Assembly: GCA_017412675.1 (NCBI GenBank) | Contig: JAFPWV010000056.1 | Location: 1 to 62,966 of the forward strand | Origin: Clostridia bacterium | Lineage (GTDB): Bacteria > Bacillota > Clostridia > Oscillospirales > CAG-272 | Reading direction: 5' to 3' | Length of the DNA: 62,966 nucleotides | Notes under the pieces: generated by a model | What the model saw: only the letters and a program-made list of their open reading frames with translations | Told to the model about the DNA's origin: nothing | Databases searched by the model: none | Shown here: positions 10,109 to 19,372 of the stretch, in pieces | Position numbering within the stretch: position 1 is the first letter of the stretch | How the letters are laid out: every line of letters starts with the position of its first letter | Translations under genes and position numbers: made by a program

Positions 10109-11200
10109 ATGGCTATGTTCGAGAAACTGATGGAAGTCTCCCAGGCTTTCCGTCTGCCGGGCACGTTTTATGCCTATGACACGATCAAGAACGGCAACAT
10201 CAATTCCACTTACAAGGTGACCTACCGGGAACCGAGCGGACACCTGAAGTCCTACATCGTCCAGAAGATCAACACAAACGTCTTCAAGAACCCGGAAGAG
10301 ATCATGGAGAACATCGACCGGGTGACGACCCACATCCGGGAACGCTATCCGAACGAGGTCTCCCTGCACTTCCATCACACCGCCGAGGGCAAGAACTATC
10401 TCTACGACGAGGACGACTCGTTCTGGCGCGTGATGAACTACGTCGACTCCATCACCTACAACACCTGCGACGAGCTGCCCGTCATCTCCGCGACCGGCGA
10501 GGCGTTCGGGCATTTCCAGAATCAGCTCTCCGATTTCGACGGGTCCGTCCTTCACGAGACCATCCCGGATTTCCACAACACGCACAAGCGCCTCGACAAG
10601 CTCTTCGACGACGTGGCCGCGAACAAGCTCGGCCGCAACGACGAGGCAACCGAGGAAATCGAGACGATCTCCTCCTACCGCTACAAGGCGGGCCAGCTCA
10701 GCGAGCGCTACATGAACGGCGATTTCCCGGTCCGCGTGACGCACAACGACACCAAGTCCAACAACGTCCTGTTCGACCGCTTCACCAAGCGTCCGCTCGT
10801 AGTCATCGACCTCGACACGGTCATGCCGGGCATGGCGATGTACGACTTCGGCGACGCGGTGCGGTTCATCTGCAACACCGCCGCGGAGGACGAACCGGAT
10901 CTGCGCCGGGTGTACTTCGACACCTCAAAATTCCGCGCGTTCTGCCACGGGTATCTCAGTGAGGTCAAGAATTCGCTGACGAAGGACGAGATCGATTCGC
11001 TCGTGCTCGCCGCCTTCTCCATCACGGTGGAGCTCGCGTCGCGCTTCCTCGACGACTTTTTGACGGGCGACACGTATTTCAAGGTCAACTACCCGGGCCA
11101 CAACCTGGTCCGCACCCGCTGCCAGCTCCAGCTTGCGAAGGACATTCTGCGCAAGAAGGACGAACTCGAATGGATCGTGAGTGAATCCATCGAAGGATGA
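10109..11200 (+). CDS. APH/choline-kinase-fold phosphotransferase (N-acetylhexosamine 1-kinase-like)
   Basis: GNINSTY, QKIN, RVTHNDTKSNN, VIDLDTVMPG, DFGD. Confidence 0.8.
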   Translation: MAMFEKLMEVSQAFRLPGTFYAYDTIKNGNINSTYKVTYREPSGHLKSYIVQKINTNVFKNPEEIMENIDRVTTHIRERYPNEVSLHFHHTAEGKNYLYDEDDSFWRVMNYVDSITYNTCDELPVISATGEAFGHFQNQLSDFDGSVLHETIPDFHNTHKRLDKLFDDVAANKLGRNDEATEEIETISSYRYKAGQLSERYMNGDFPVRVTHNDTKSNNVLFDRFTKRPLVVIDLDTVMPGMAMYDFGDAVRFICNTAAEDEPDLRRVYFDTSKFRAFCHGYLSEVKNSLTKDEIDSLVLAAFSITVELASRFLDDFLTGDTYFKVNYPGHNLVRTRCQLQLAKDILRKKDELEWIVSESIEG

Positions 11201-11211
11201 CCGAATTCATG

Positions 11212-11243
11212 AAAAGAGCCGCTGACCGATCAGCGGCTTTTTT
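11212..11243. terminator. bidirectional terminator between convergent genes
   Basis: AAAAGAGCCGCTGA/TCAGCGGCTTTTTT. Confidence 0.8.
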
Positions 11244-11319
11244 GCGTTTGCAGGGATCTTCCCTCATTTTCTCGGGGCGGAAAAAGCGCGCGCACCCTCG
11301 CGGCACACGCGCCTCTCCG

Positions 11320-11766
11320 TCATCGTCCGCTCTGCGACGCGCTCTCCTCGAATGCCAGAATGTCCCGGCAGAGGTCGGCGGCGTCCCGGGAGCACCCCTT
11401 CGCTTCCATCTCGCCGAGCTTGTCTTCGAGCTGTCTCATGCCCGTCTTCGTTCCCTTCGCGATCATGTCCGCGATGTGGCCGGGCGTCGGATCCATCATC
11501 GTGTTCATCATGATCCCGCCGCGCGTCACCGCCCGTTTGAGGAGCGACGGCTCCTGCGGCCTGGCGGCTCTGCGCTTCAAGAGCTTCGCCGTACGGTCCG
11601 TGAAGTCCGCGTACTGTTCGAGCTGCGCGGTCACCGCCGACATCAGCCCTTTGTCCCGGATCTTCGGGACCACCGCCGCGAGGCTGTCGCTTCCCATTTT
11701 CACGTTCCGGTACATCTCCGCGAGCAGCTCCACCGTTGCCGCGTCGTTTGCATTGGTGCGATCCAT
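11320..11766 (-). CDS. conserved helical (ferritin-like) hypothetical protein, probably sporulation-related
   Basis: RBS GGAGG. All-alpha amphipathic sequence (YRNVKMG...HIADMIAKGTKTG...FEE). Sigma-F-like promoter upstream. Confidence 0.7.
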   Translation of the reverse strand: MDRTNANDAATVELLAEMYRNVKMGSDSLAAVVPKIRDKGLMSAVTAQLEQYADFTDRTAKLLKRRAARPQEPSLLKRAVTRGGIMMNTMMDPTPGHIADMIAKGTKTGMRQLEDKLGEMEAKGCSRDAADLCRDILAFEESASQSGR

Positions 11767-11801
11767 TCGTTATCCTCCGTTCCCTGTTTTCGGGTTACAG
11801 A

Positions 11802-11831
11802 AAGGATTCCCCGCGTGAGGCACCGTTATGC
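11802..11831 (-). promoter_or_regulatory. putative sigma-F/G-type forespore promoter
   Basis: GCATA-15 bp-GGGAATCCTT, close to the sigma-F consensus GYATA-15-GGnnAnAHTR. Confidence 0.45.
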
Positions 11832-11871
11832 GAAAACCGCACGAAATCGCTCCGTGCGGTCTTTTCTTTTT

Positions 11872-11949
11872 TTATTTCTTCCCGATCCGAAACAGCCGCT
11901 TCAGGATCGGAACACACAGCTTCGGGCTTTTCCAGATCACGACCTTCAT
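11872..11949 (-). CDS. spoVM: stage V sporulation protein M (25 aa)
   Basis: MKVVIWKSPKLCVPILKRLFRIGKK, RBS GGAGGTG, Pro at position 9, amphipathic. Directly downstream of thiN as in B. subtilis. Sigma-E-like -10 CATATCAT at 11987-11994. Confidence 0.85.
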   Translation of the reverse strand: MKVVIWKSPKLCVPILKRLFRIGKK

Positions 11950-12018
11950 GTCACACCTCCGCGCACCCGCGTTTTTCGTTCGTTCCATGATATGCCGCGG
12001 GCGGGAAAAGGTTCGCCG

Positions 12019-12654
12019 TCACCTCCGGCTCGTGATGAGGAAGGCTTCGCCCTCGACGATGACCTCCGCTTCCCCGTCCGTCACCTCGTTCGAGACGCCG
12101 TAGGACGGATGCGCGCGATCGAGGACGGCCCGCTCGAGGGGATATTTCGCCCCCCGGATCGTCGCGCGGCACGTCCCCGCCGTGATGAGCGAGAAATACC
12201 CGCCCTCGTCCGGGACCGCCGCCCCCTCATCCCGGAGCACGCGGACCGTGTTGTCCCCGTCGGTGAGGGTGACCTCGATCCCCCGGTCGCGGAGCGCGGC
12301 GAGCAGGAAGAGGTTCGAGAGCTCGTGATCCAGACGCCCGCCCGTCCCGCCGACGATGAGAAGCCGGCGAAATCCGCGCGCTTCTGCCGTATCCGCCGCG
12401 AGGACCGTATCCGTGACGTCCTTTTCCGCGGGCACCCGGACAACCTCGATCCCCTCCGGCAGCGGATCCGTGTAGGAGTCGAAATCCCCCATCAGCAGAT
12501 CGGGCCGGATCCCGAGCGCTTGTGCAGTCCTGAGACCGCTGTCCGCCGCGATCACGATCCCCGGATGCGCCGGCAGGCGTTCCCGCACCGCGTCGACATG
12601 GCAGAATCCGCCCGTAAAGATCACCGCGATCCCTCGTTCTGACGTCGTTTCCAT
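12019..12654 (-). CDS. thiN: thiamine pyrophosphokinase
   Basis: IAADSG, GDFDS, EKDVTD, GGRLDHELSN, GVSNE. Confidence 0.93.
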   Translation of the reverse strand: METTSERGIAVIFTGGFCHVDAVRERLPAHPGIVIAADSGLRTAQALGIRPDLLMGDFDSYTDPLPEGIEVVRVPAEKDVTDTVLAADTAEARGFRRLLIVGGTGGRLDHELSNLFLLAALRDRGIEVTLTDGDNTVRVLRDEGAAVPDEGGYFSLITAGTCRATIRGAKYPLERAVLDRAHPSYGVSNEVTDGEAEVIVEGEAFLITSRR

Positions 12655-13685
12655 TCCGGCACGCTCCTTTGCTCTTCATAAATGCGCACATAGCTTTCGT
12701 GGCGGCTTTCGGCGATCCCGCCGGCATCCCGCTTGGCGAGCACCGCGCACCCCTCTTCCCGCAGATGGGTGCATTTGGTGTACCGGCACTTCCCGAGACA
12801 GTCCTCGAATTCCCGGAACGAGGAGGCGAGCTCGTCGTAGGGGAAGAAGTCGAACCGCGTGAAATCAAGCATCGAGAAGCCGGGCGTATCGGCGATCCAG
12901 AAGGTCCCGCCGTCCATGTCCATCGGCCAGAGCTCGACGTGCCGGGTCGTGTGGCGTCCGCGCTCGGTCTTGCGGCTGACGCTGCCCGTCGCAAGGCGAA
13001 GATCCGGGAAGAGCGCGGTCATCAAGGTGGATTTCCCCGCCCCGGACGCCCCTGCGAAGGCTCCGCTGACATGTCCGCCGTCGGGGCAGCCGCATGCGCG
13101 GTCGCGGATGTATGCCTTGAGCGCGTCCACGCCGTCCCCGGACGAAGCGGAGAGCGGGAAGACGCGATACCCCGCCAGCCCGTAGACCCGTGCGAGCTCG
13201 GCGGCCTTCTCCGGGTCGAGATCGGCCTTGTTCACGACGACGACCGTTTCGATACCGTAGTTCTCCGCAATCACCGTCAGCTTGTCCGCCGTCAGAAGGT
13301 CCGGTTCGGGCGCGGCGCACGGGATCACGGCGAAGAGGATGTCGAGGTTGGCGACCGGCGGGCGGATCAACAGGCTCCGCCTCTCCTCCACCGTGTCGAT
13401 CACATAGTCCACGTCGACCCCTCGGTCGTGCTTTTCGGGACGCTTCATCCGGCTTCCGCCGCGCCGTCCGGTCTCCTCGTCCTCCTGTGGGATCAGGGGC
13501 TCGCTCCGGTCCGCTTCTTCCGCCGGGCGGATCAGCACATCGTCCCCCACCGTCGGGGAGCGCTTTTTCTGCCGGAGGATCCCCCGGGCGCGGCAGAGGA
13601 TCTCCTCTTCGGGCCGCTCGGTGAGACGCACGCCGTAGAGACCGCCCACGCCGCGGGTGACGATGCCGCGCATCATGTCCTTCAT
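12621..13685 (-). CDS. rsgA: ribosome small subunit-dependent GTPase A
   Basis: RPPVAN, NKADL, GASGAGKST, RGRHTT, DTPGF, CRYTKCTHLREEGC Zn site. Confidence 0.96.
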   Translation of the reverse strand: MKDMMRGIVTRGVGGLYGVRLTERPEEEILCRARGILRQKKRSPTVGDDVLIRPAEEADRSEPLIPQEDEETGRRGGSRMKRPEKHDRGVDVDYVIDTVEERRSLLIRPPVANLDILFAVIPCAAPEPDLLTADKLTVIAENYGIETVVVVNKADLDPEKAAELARVYGLAGYRVFPLSASSGDGVDALKAYIRDRACGCPDGGHVSGAFAGASGAGKSTLMTALFPDLRLATGSVSRKTERGRHTTRHVELWPMDMDGGTFWIADTPGFSMLDFTRFDFFPYDELASSFREFEDCLGKCRYTKCTHLREEGCAVLAKRDAGGIAESRHESYVRIYEEQRSVPEWKRRQNEGSR

Positions 13686-13759
13686 AAGAGATGACAGCGG
13701 GGAAAACCCGTGTGAGATTCTCCCCGCTTTCCTTTCGTATTGGTTTCGGTGCCGGGCGC

Positions 13760-15937
13760 TTACGGCTGATAACCGGAGCCGTAGAAGTCGTCGCCGACGA
13801 ATACCCAGCCGCCGCCTCCGCCCGATCCGGAGTCATACCAGTCGCTGCCGCTGTCGGAGCCGCTGCCCGAGCCGCTGTCGTCCTCCCCGCCGTACCACCA
13901 GGTGGACCCGCTGCCGGAGGTGTCGGAGCCGGTCGTATCGCCGCCGGATACGGGTTCAGGATCGGTCGTGACGGGCTGCTCGATCACGGGAGGCTGTTCG
14001 GTCGTTCCCGCATCGGTGCTGCCGCCGGTGTTCCAGTCGGAGACTCCGCCGTCCCACGTGGTCCCGCCGCCGTTCCAGCCGCTCCAGGAGGTGCCGGTGT
14101 CGGTCGACGTGCCCGTGTTCGCGTTTCCGGCAGACGCCGTATCGGTGCCGCCCGCGGGTTCGTCCGTTTTGTCGTCGTTCTTTTCGTCATTCGAGAGGAG
14201 CAGCTTGTCGTTCGACCAGGTGTAATCGCTCTTCTCGGGGATGCGCGTTCCGTCTCCCGTGTAGTAGGAGCCGCCGGAGATGGTGAGCTCCAGTCCCTCG
14301 AATTCCGCGACGGACTGCCACGGCTCGACGCTCTGCTTCATCACCGTTCCCACGGGAGTCTGCCAGGACTGGGCATAGATCACGCGGCTGACCGTCACGC
14401 GGTTCTGCTTGGCGAGGATATACGCCTCCGCCTCCGAATGCCCGATGAAATCGGGGACGACGGTCTGCGTCTGATCGCTGCCGTGGCTGACATAGACCGT
14501 GACGATCTCGTTTTCCTTCATGACCGATCCCACCTCGGGCTCGGTGCCGATCACATAGCCGACCTCGAAGACGGAATTCTCGACGTTCTCCGTCCGCACG
14601 CGCAGACCGAGCTTGCGCAGCTCCGCTTCGACGAGACGGTAGTCCCGGACGGAATAGTCCGCCAGGGTGATCGTCTTCTCGCCCTGCGACACGGTGAGCG
14701 TCAGCTCGCACTTCTGCTTGCCGGGCAGGATCTTGCGGACCTCGCCGGGCAGCGGTTCCTGCTCGACGATGACGTTCGCGGCCGCCTTGTCGTTGTACTG
14801 GAAGACGATCTTGTAGTCGTAGCTGTCGCCGTTCTTCTTCAGCCAGTCCTCGAGCCGCTCGTCGTAGATGTGACCGACGAATTCGTCGACCGTCAGCATC
14901 CGGTAGTTGTTCATCGAGCTGTTGAAGAAGAGCTTGTTGACGAGGTAGTACGCCGCGATGCCCGCCGTGATGAGGAAGGCCAGCGTCACGCCCATGATGA
15001 TCGGGAACATGGCGCGGCTCGACTTCTTCGTGACGGTCTTGACGGGCGCGCTCTTCGCCGTCTTCTTCTGCGGCTTGTTTTCCTTGAAGATGATCTTCGG
15101 GTTTTCACGCAGCTTCACGAGCTGGCCGAGCATTTCCTCCGCGCTCTGATAGCGCTCGGCGGGATCCTTCTCCATCGCCTTGAGGATGATCTGCTCGAGT
15201 CCCTGCGGGATGTGCGGGTTGATCTCGCGCGGCGCGGTGGGTTCGTCGTTCACCTGCCTCAGCGCGATGGAAACCGGCGTGTCGCCCGTGAAGGGGAGCT
15301 GCCCGGTCGCCATTTCGTACATCATGACGCCGAGGGAGTAGATGTCGCTCCGCCCGTCGATCTCGCCGCCCGTGACCTGCTCGGGGCTGATATAGTACAC
15401 CGTGCCGATCGCTTTGTCGGTGACGGTGACGGTCTCCGCGTTCGGACGCTTGGCGATGCCGAAGTCCATGACCTTGATAACGCCGTTTTTGAGGAGCATG
15501 ATGTTCTGGGGCTTGATGTCCCGGTGCACGATCCCCTTCTTGTGCGCGTGGTCGAGGGCGCGGAGAATCTGGGTGGTATAGCTGATGATCTCGCGCAGGT
15601 TCAGAACCTCGCGGTGCTGCATGTAGTTCTTGAGGGTGATGCCCTCGACGAACTCCATGACGATATACTTGATGTTCTCCCGCACGCTCACGTCGTATAT
15701 GCTGGTGCAGTTGGGGTGCGAGAGCATGGCGACGGTCTTCGATTCGTTGATGAACCGTCTGACGGACTCCTGATCGTCGGCAACCTCGTCCTTCAGGATC
15801 TTGACGGCCACGGTGCGGCGCATGAGCAGATCGGTCGCCTTGAAGACGATCGCCATGCCGCCCACGCCGATGACCTTTTCGATCCGGTATCGGTTGTCGA
15901 AAACAAGTCCGACATATTTTTCATATACTTCCATCAT
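13760..15937 (-). CDS. prkC: PASTA-domain Ser/Thr protein kinase (PrkC/Stk1)
   Basis: GVGGMA, HRDIKPQN, DFGIAK, one TM segment, PASTA repeats and a low-complexity tail. Confidence 0.95.
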   Translation of the reverse strand: MMEVYEKYVGLVFDNRYRIEKVIGVGGMAIVFKATDLLMRRTVAVKILKDEVADDQESVRRFINESKTVAMLSHPNCTSIYDVSVRENIKYIVMEFVEGITLKNYMQHREVLNLREIISYTTQILRALDHAHKKGIVHRDIKPQNIMLLKNGVIKVMDFGIAKRPNAETVTVTDKAIGTVYYISPEQVTGGEIDGRSDIYSLGVMMYEMATGQLPFTGDTPVSIALRQVNDEPTAPREINPHIPQGLEQIILKAMEKDPAERYQSAEEMLGQLVKLRENPKIIFKENKPQKKTAKSAPVKTVTKKSSRAMFPIIMGVTLAFLITAGIAAYYLVNKLFFNSSMNNYRMLTVDEFVGHIYDERLEDWLKKNGDSYDYKIVFQYNDKAAANVIVEQEPLPGEVRKILPGKQKCELTLTVSQGEKTITLADYSVRDYRLVEAELRKLGLRVRTENVENSVFEVGYVIGTEPEVGSVMKENEIVTVYVSHGSDQTQTVVPDFIGHSEAEAYILAKQNRVTVSRVIYAQSWQTPVGTVMKQSVEPWQSVAEFEGLELTISGGSYYTGDGTRIPEKSDYTWSNDKLLLSNDEKNDDKTDEPAGGTDTASAGNANTGTSTDTGTSWSGWNGGGTTWDGGVSDWNTGGSTDAGTTEQPPVIEQPVTTDPEPVSGGDTTGSDTSGSGSTWWYGGEDDSGSGSGSDSGSDWYDSGSGGGGGWVFVGDDFYGSGYQP

Positions 15938-15962
15938 AGCGGTGCGCTCCGATCCGTCCAGT

Positions 15963-16745
15963 TCATACCGACAGGACGACGGCCGTGATGTTGTCGGTGC
16001 CGCCCCGTTCGTTCGCGAGATCGATGAGACGCTCGCATGATCTTGCCGCCGATTCCGCGGACATCATGACCGGGAGGTCCGGCCAGGGAGACGCTTCGCA
16101 GACGATTTCGCGGATCTCCTCCGGATCCACATGGTTGGTCAGTCCGTCCGAGCAGAGGACGAACACCGAACCGGGCGCCGCAGTCTCTTCAAAGAAATCG
16201 GGATCGACGGTCTTATAAGTACCGACGCAGCGGGTGATGATGTTCCGGTTGCGGCTGGTCTTCGCCTGTTCCGCGGTGATGCGGCCGGAATCCACCCACT
16301 CCTGCACGACGGAATGGTCGTGGGAGATCTGTCTCACGCCGGACGCGTCCGCCAGATAGAGGCGGGAGTCCCCGACGTTGACGGCGTAGACGTGCTGACC
16401 GAGCAGCAACAGACCGACGAGGGTGGTGCCCATGCCTTCGAGGGCGGGATCGTCCTGCGCCGTCTTGTAGACCGCACGGTTTGCCTCCGTCACGGCCTTC
16501 GACAGGATATCGACGATCTCATCGCCCGGCAGTCCGAAGAACGAGGGATTCTTCTTCTCCGCCTCGTCCATGACCTCCGCGAAAGCGCGCACGGCCACGG
16601 CGGACGCGGTATCCCCTCCGTTCGCGCCGCCCATACCGTCGCAGACAAGCGCGTACAGGACATCCTGCGCGTATTTGTGGATGATGAAATTGTCCTGATT
16701 GGCAGAGCGTCTTCTTCCTACGTCAGTCTTACCGTAAAAAAACAT
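15963..16745 (-). CDS. prpC: PP2C-type Ser/Thr phosphatase (Stp1/PrpC)
   Basis: Start MFFYGKTDVG after RBS GAGGAG. CDGMGG, GMGTT, NVGDSR, CSDGL, GGTDNIT. The track ORF is over-extended to 17210. Confidence 0.93.
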   Translation of the reverse strand: MFFYGKTDVGRRRSANQDNFIIHKYAQDVLYALVCDGMGGANGGDTASAVAVRAFAEVMDEAEKKNPSFFGLPGDEIVDILSKAVTEANRAVYKTAQDDPALEGMGTTLVGLLLLGQHVYAVNVGDSRLYLADASGVRQISHDHSVVQEWVDSGRITAEQAKTSRNRNIITRCVGTYKTVDPDFFEETAAPGSVFVLCSDGLTNHVDPEEIREIVCEASPWPDLPVMMSAESAARSCERLIDLANERGGTDNITAVVLSV

Positions 16746-17008
16746 GTGACTTCTCCTCGATTTCCCTGATCGCTCAGGGTCCGTCTCACGGACAGGCGTC
16801 GGAGCGGCCGGACGCGCGTTCCCTTCCGGGTCGGCGGGGATATGAGCCGCGGGCATACTGGTATCTAATGTATTATACGTCAAAGATGTTGACAGTTCTT
16901 TCGGATTTCTTGAATTCTCTTCGATTATCACGTGAAAAGGCGGTGAATATTTGGGGGTTCGGCGGAAAAATCGCCTCCGTTCCCGCTCTGTTTTGGTGAT
17001 TGCGCACT

Positions 17009-18079
17009 TCAGGCGCCTTCTCCGGCCTTCTGTCTCTGGAGGCGGAGCTGTCCGCAGGAGGCGTTGATGTCCGCCCCGAGACGCCGCCGGATCGTCGCGT
17101 TGACGCCGCGGGAGACGAGCTCGTTCATGAATTCGTTCGCGCGGGCCTTCTGCGGGGTCTCGAGCCCCGTCTCCTTCACCTCGTTCAAAAGGATCAAATT
17201 GACGTGGCACGGCGCGCGCATCCCCTTTTTGAGCACGTCCGCAAGCCGCGCGGCGTCCTCCCGGCTGTCGTTGCGTCCGGCGATCAGGGTATATTCAAAG
17301 GACACGCGGCGTCCCGTCTTCTCGAAATACGCGCGGCAGGCTGCGAGCAGCTCGGCGATGGGATAACGCCGGTTGACGGGCATGAGCGCGCTCCGCGTTT
17401 CGTCGTCCGAGGCGTGGAGCGAGACCGAGAGGGTCACGGGGAGCCCTTCTCCGGCCAGATCATAGATGCGCGGGACGAGGCCGCAGGTAGAGAGCGAGAT
17501 GTGGCGGAGTCCGATCCCCATGCCCCGCTCGTCCGAGACGAGGTGCAGGAACCGGACGACGTTGTCGTAGTTGTCGAGCGGCTCGCCGATGCCCATCAGA
17601 ACGATCCCGTCGACGCGCTCGCCCGTGTCGTATGCCGTGACGGCCGCCTGTCCGAGGATCTCGGAGGCGGTGAGGCTGCGGACCTTGCCGTTCAAGGTCG
17701 ACGCACAGAACCGGCATCCCATCGCGCAGCCCGCCTGGGAGGACACGCAGAGGGAGGTCCCGTGCTCGTAGTGCATGAACACCGATTCGACGCACTCGCC
17801 GTCGGTCATGCGGTAGAGGTATTTGACGGTCCCGTCGATCGCAGAGACCAGCTTTCGCTCGATCTCGGGCCGGCGGTATTCGCCCTCCTCCGCGAGCTTC
17901 TTCCGGAAGGCGGCGGGGAGGTTGGTCATCGCGTCGAGCGGCGCGCCCTTTGCCATCCAGGAAAAGAGCTGGGCGGCCCGGTAGGGCTTCTCCCCGAGGG
18001 AGACGGTATAAGCGCCGAGCTCTTCCGGCGTCATCGACATGAAGTCCGCGCGGACCGTGTCGGATGGATTGTTCGTCAT
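17009..18079 (-). CDS. rlmN: dual-specificity RNA methyltransferase RlmN
   Basis: CxxxCxxC (GCAMGCRFC), MGIGEPL, SLHA, DINASCGQL. Confidence 0.96.
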   Translation of the reverse strand: MTNNPSDTVRADFMSMTPEELGAYTVSLGEKPYRAAQLFSWMAKGAPLDAMTNLPAAFRKKLAEEGEYRRPEIERKLVSAIDGTVKYLYRMTDGECVESVFMHYEHGTSLCVSSQAGCAMGCRFCASTLNGKVRSLTASEILGQAAVTAYDTGERVDGIVLMGIGEPLDNYDNVVRFLHLVSDERGMGIGLRHISLSTCGLVPRIYDLAGEGLPVTLSVSLHASDDETRSALMPVNRRYPIAELLAACRAYFEKTGRRVSFEYTLIAGRNDSREDAARLADVLKKGMRAPCHVNLILLNEVKETGLETPQKARANEFMNELVSRGVNATIRRRLGADINASCGQLRLQRQKAGEGA

Positions 18080-19368
18080 TCCGTTTTCCTTCTCATTTTC
18101 GCCATGAAGAATCCGTCGCAGCCGTCGCGGTGGGGCCAGAAGACGCGGACCTCCTCCCCCTCGAAGGCCGGATGGGTCTCGAGAAAGGCGGACGCCGTTT
18201 CCTCGTTCTCCGCGCGGTTCAGCGTGCAGGTCGAATAGACGAGGACGCCGCCGGGCTTCACATACCGGGACGCGCCGTCGAGGATCTCGCGCTGGATCCC
18301 GGGAAGCCGTTCAAACGCCGCGGGGTCCTTATAGCGGATGTCCGGCTTTTTCGCAATGACGCCGAGGCCGGAGCACGGCGCGTCGCAGAGGACCCGGTCC
18401 GCCGTGCCGATGAGTGTGACGTCCGGTTCCCGCGCATCCCGCGCCGCCGTCCGGATACCGGTCAGGCCGAGCTTTGCCGCGCCTTTTTCGATGAGGGAGA
18501 GCTTGTTCGCGTGCAGATCGAAGGAGAAGATCTCCCCTTCATCCCGCATGTCGAGCGCCATCGAGAAGCTCTTGCCGCCGGGGCAGGCGCAGGTATCGAT
18601 CACGCGCTCGCCGGGCCTGGCTCCGACCGCCGCCGAGACGATCCGGGAGGCCTCGTCCTGCACGAACCACAGTCCTTCGTCGAGTCCCGCGCGCGCCTCG
18701 GGCGTCAGGGAATCGAGGAGCACGAGATCCGGCGCGATCATGGAGAGCACCCCACCCGTGCGCGACGCCGCATCCTCCGGGGAGAGGCGCAGGGTGTTGA
18801 CGCGCAGGCCGACATGGGGTTCGCGGTTCAGCGCTTCGAGCAGCTCGCCGAGCGTGTCCGGATCGTCGAGCGCATCCCGGTAGATCGCGCAGAGCGGCTC
18901 CGGGACCGAATACTTCACGGAGAAATACGTCAGCCCGTCAGCCTCATCGGGCCAGTCGATCCGCTTCCCCGCCCGCAGGAATGCGCGGAGCACGGCGTTC
19001 ACATAACCGGCCTTCGCGTGCGGAACGAGATCCACTGATTCGCCGACCGCCGCGTGCTCCGGGATCCGGTCCATATAGAGGAGCTGGTACAGCCCCAGCC
19101 GGAGGGCACACCGCACGTCCGCGTCGAGTGTGTCCGCGCCGCGGGTCGAATACCGGCCGATGATCCAGTCCAGCGTGATCCGCCGCTCGGTCACCCCGTA
19201 GACGAGGCGGGTATAGAGCGCGCGGTTCGCCGGGTCGAGATCTGTTCCCCTCAGCCGCGCATCGATCTCGAGGTTCGCGTACCGTCCGTCCCGCTCGAGC
19301 GCGAGGAGGGATCGCATCGCCAGCGACCGCGCGGTGGTTTTCTTTGAGGGTTTCATCTGTCCGTTCAT
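18076..19368 (-). CDS. rsmB: 16S rRNA m5C967 methyltransferase
   Basis: NusB-like N-terminal domain, VQDEAS, CACPGGKS, DAPCSGLG, YSTCT. Start chosen after the stop of the upstream gene. Confidence 0.95.
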   Translation of the reverse strand: MNGQMKPSKKTTARSLAMRSLLALERDGRYANLEIDARLRGTDLDPANRALYTRLVYGVTERRITLDWIIGRYSTRGADTLDADVRCALRLGLYQLLYMDRIPEHAAVGESVDLVPHAKAGYVNAVLRAFLRAGKRIDWPDEADGLTYFSVKYSVPEPLCAIYRDALDDPDTLGELLEALNREPHVGLRVNTLRLSPEDAASRTGGVLSMIAPDLVLLDSLTPEARAGLDEGLWFVQDEASRIVSAAVGARPGERVIDTCACPGGKSFSMALDMRDEGEIFSFDLHANKLSLIEKGAAKLGLTGIRTAARDAREPDVTLIGTADRVLCDAPCSGLGVIAKKPDIRYKDPAAFERLPGIQREILDGASRYVKPGGVLVYSTCTLNRAENEETASAFLETHPAFEGEEVRVFWPHRDGCDGFFMAKMRRKTE

Positions 19369-19372
19369 CGGT

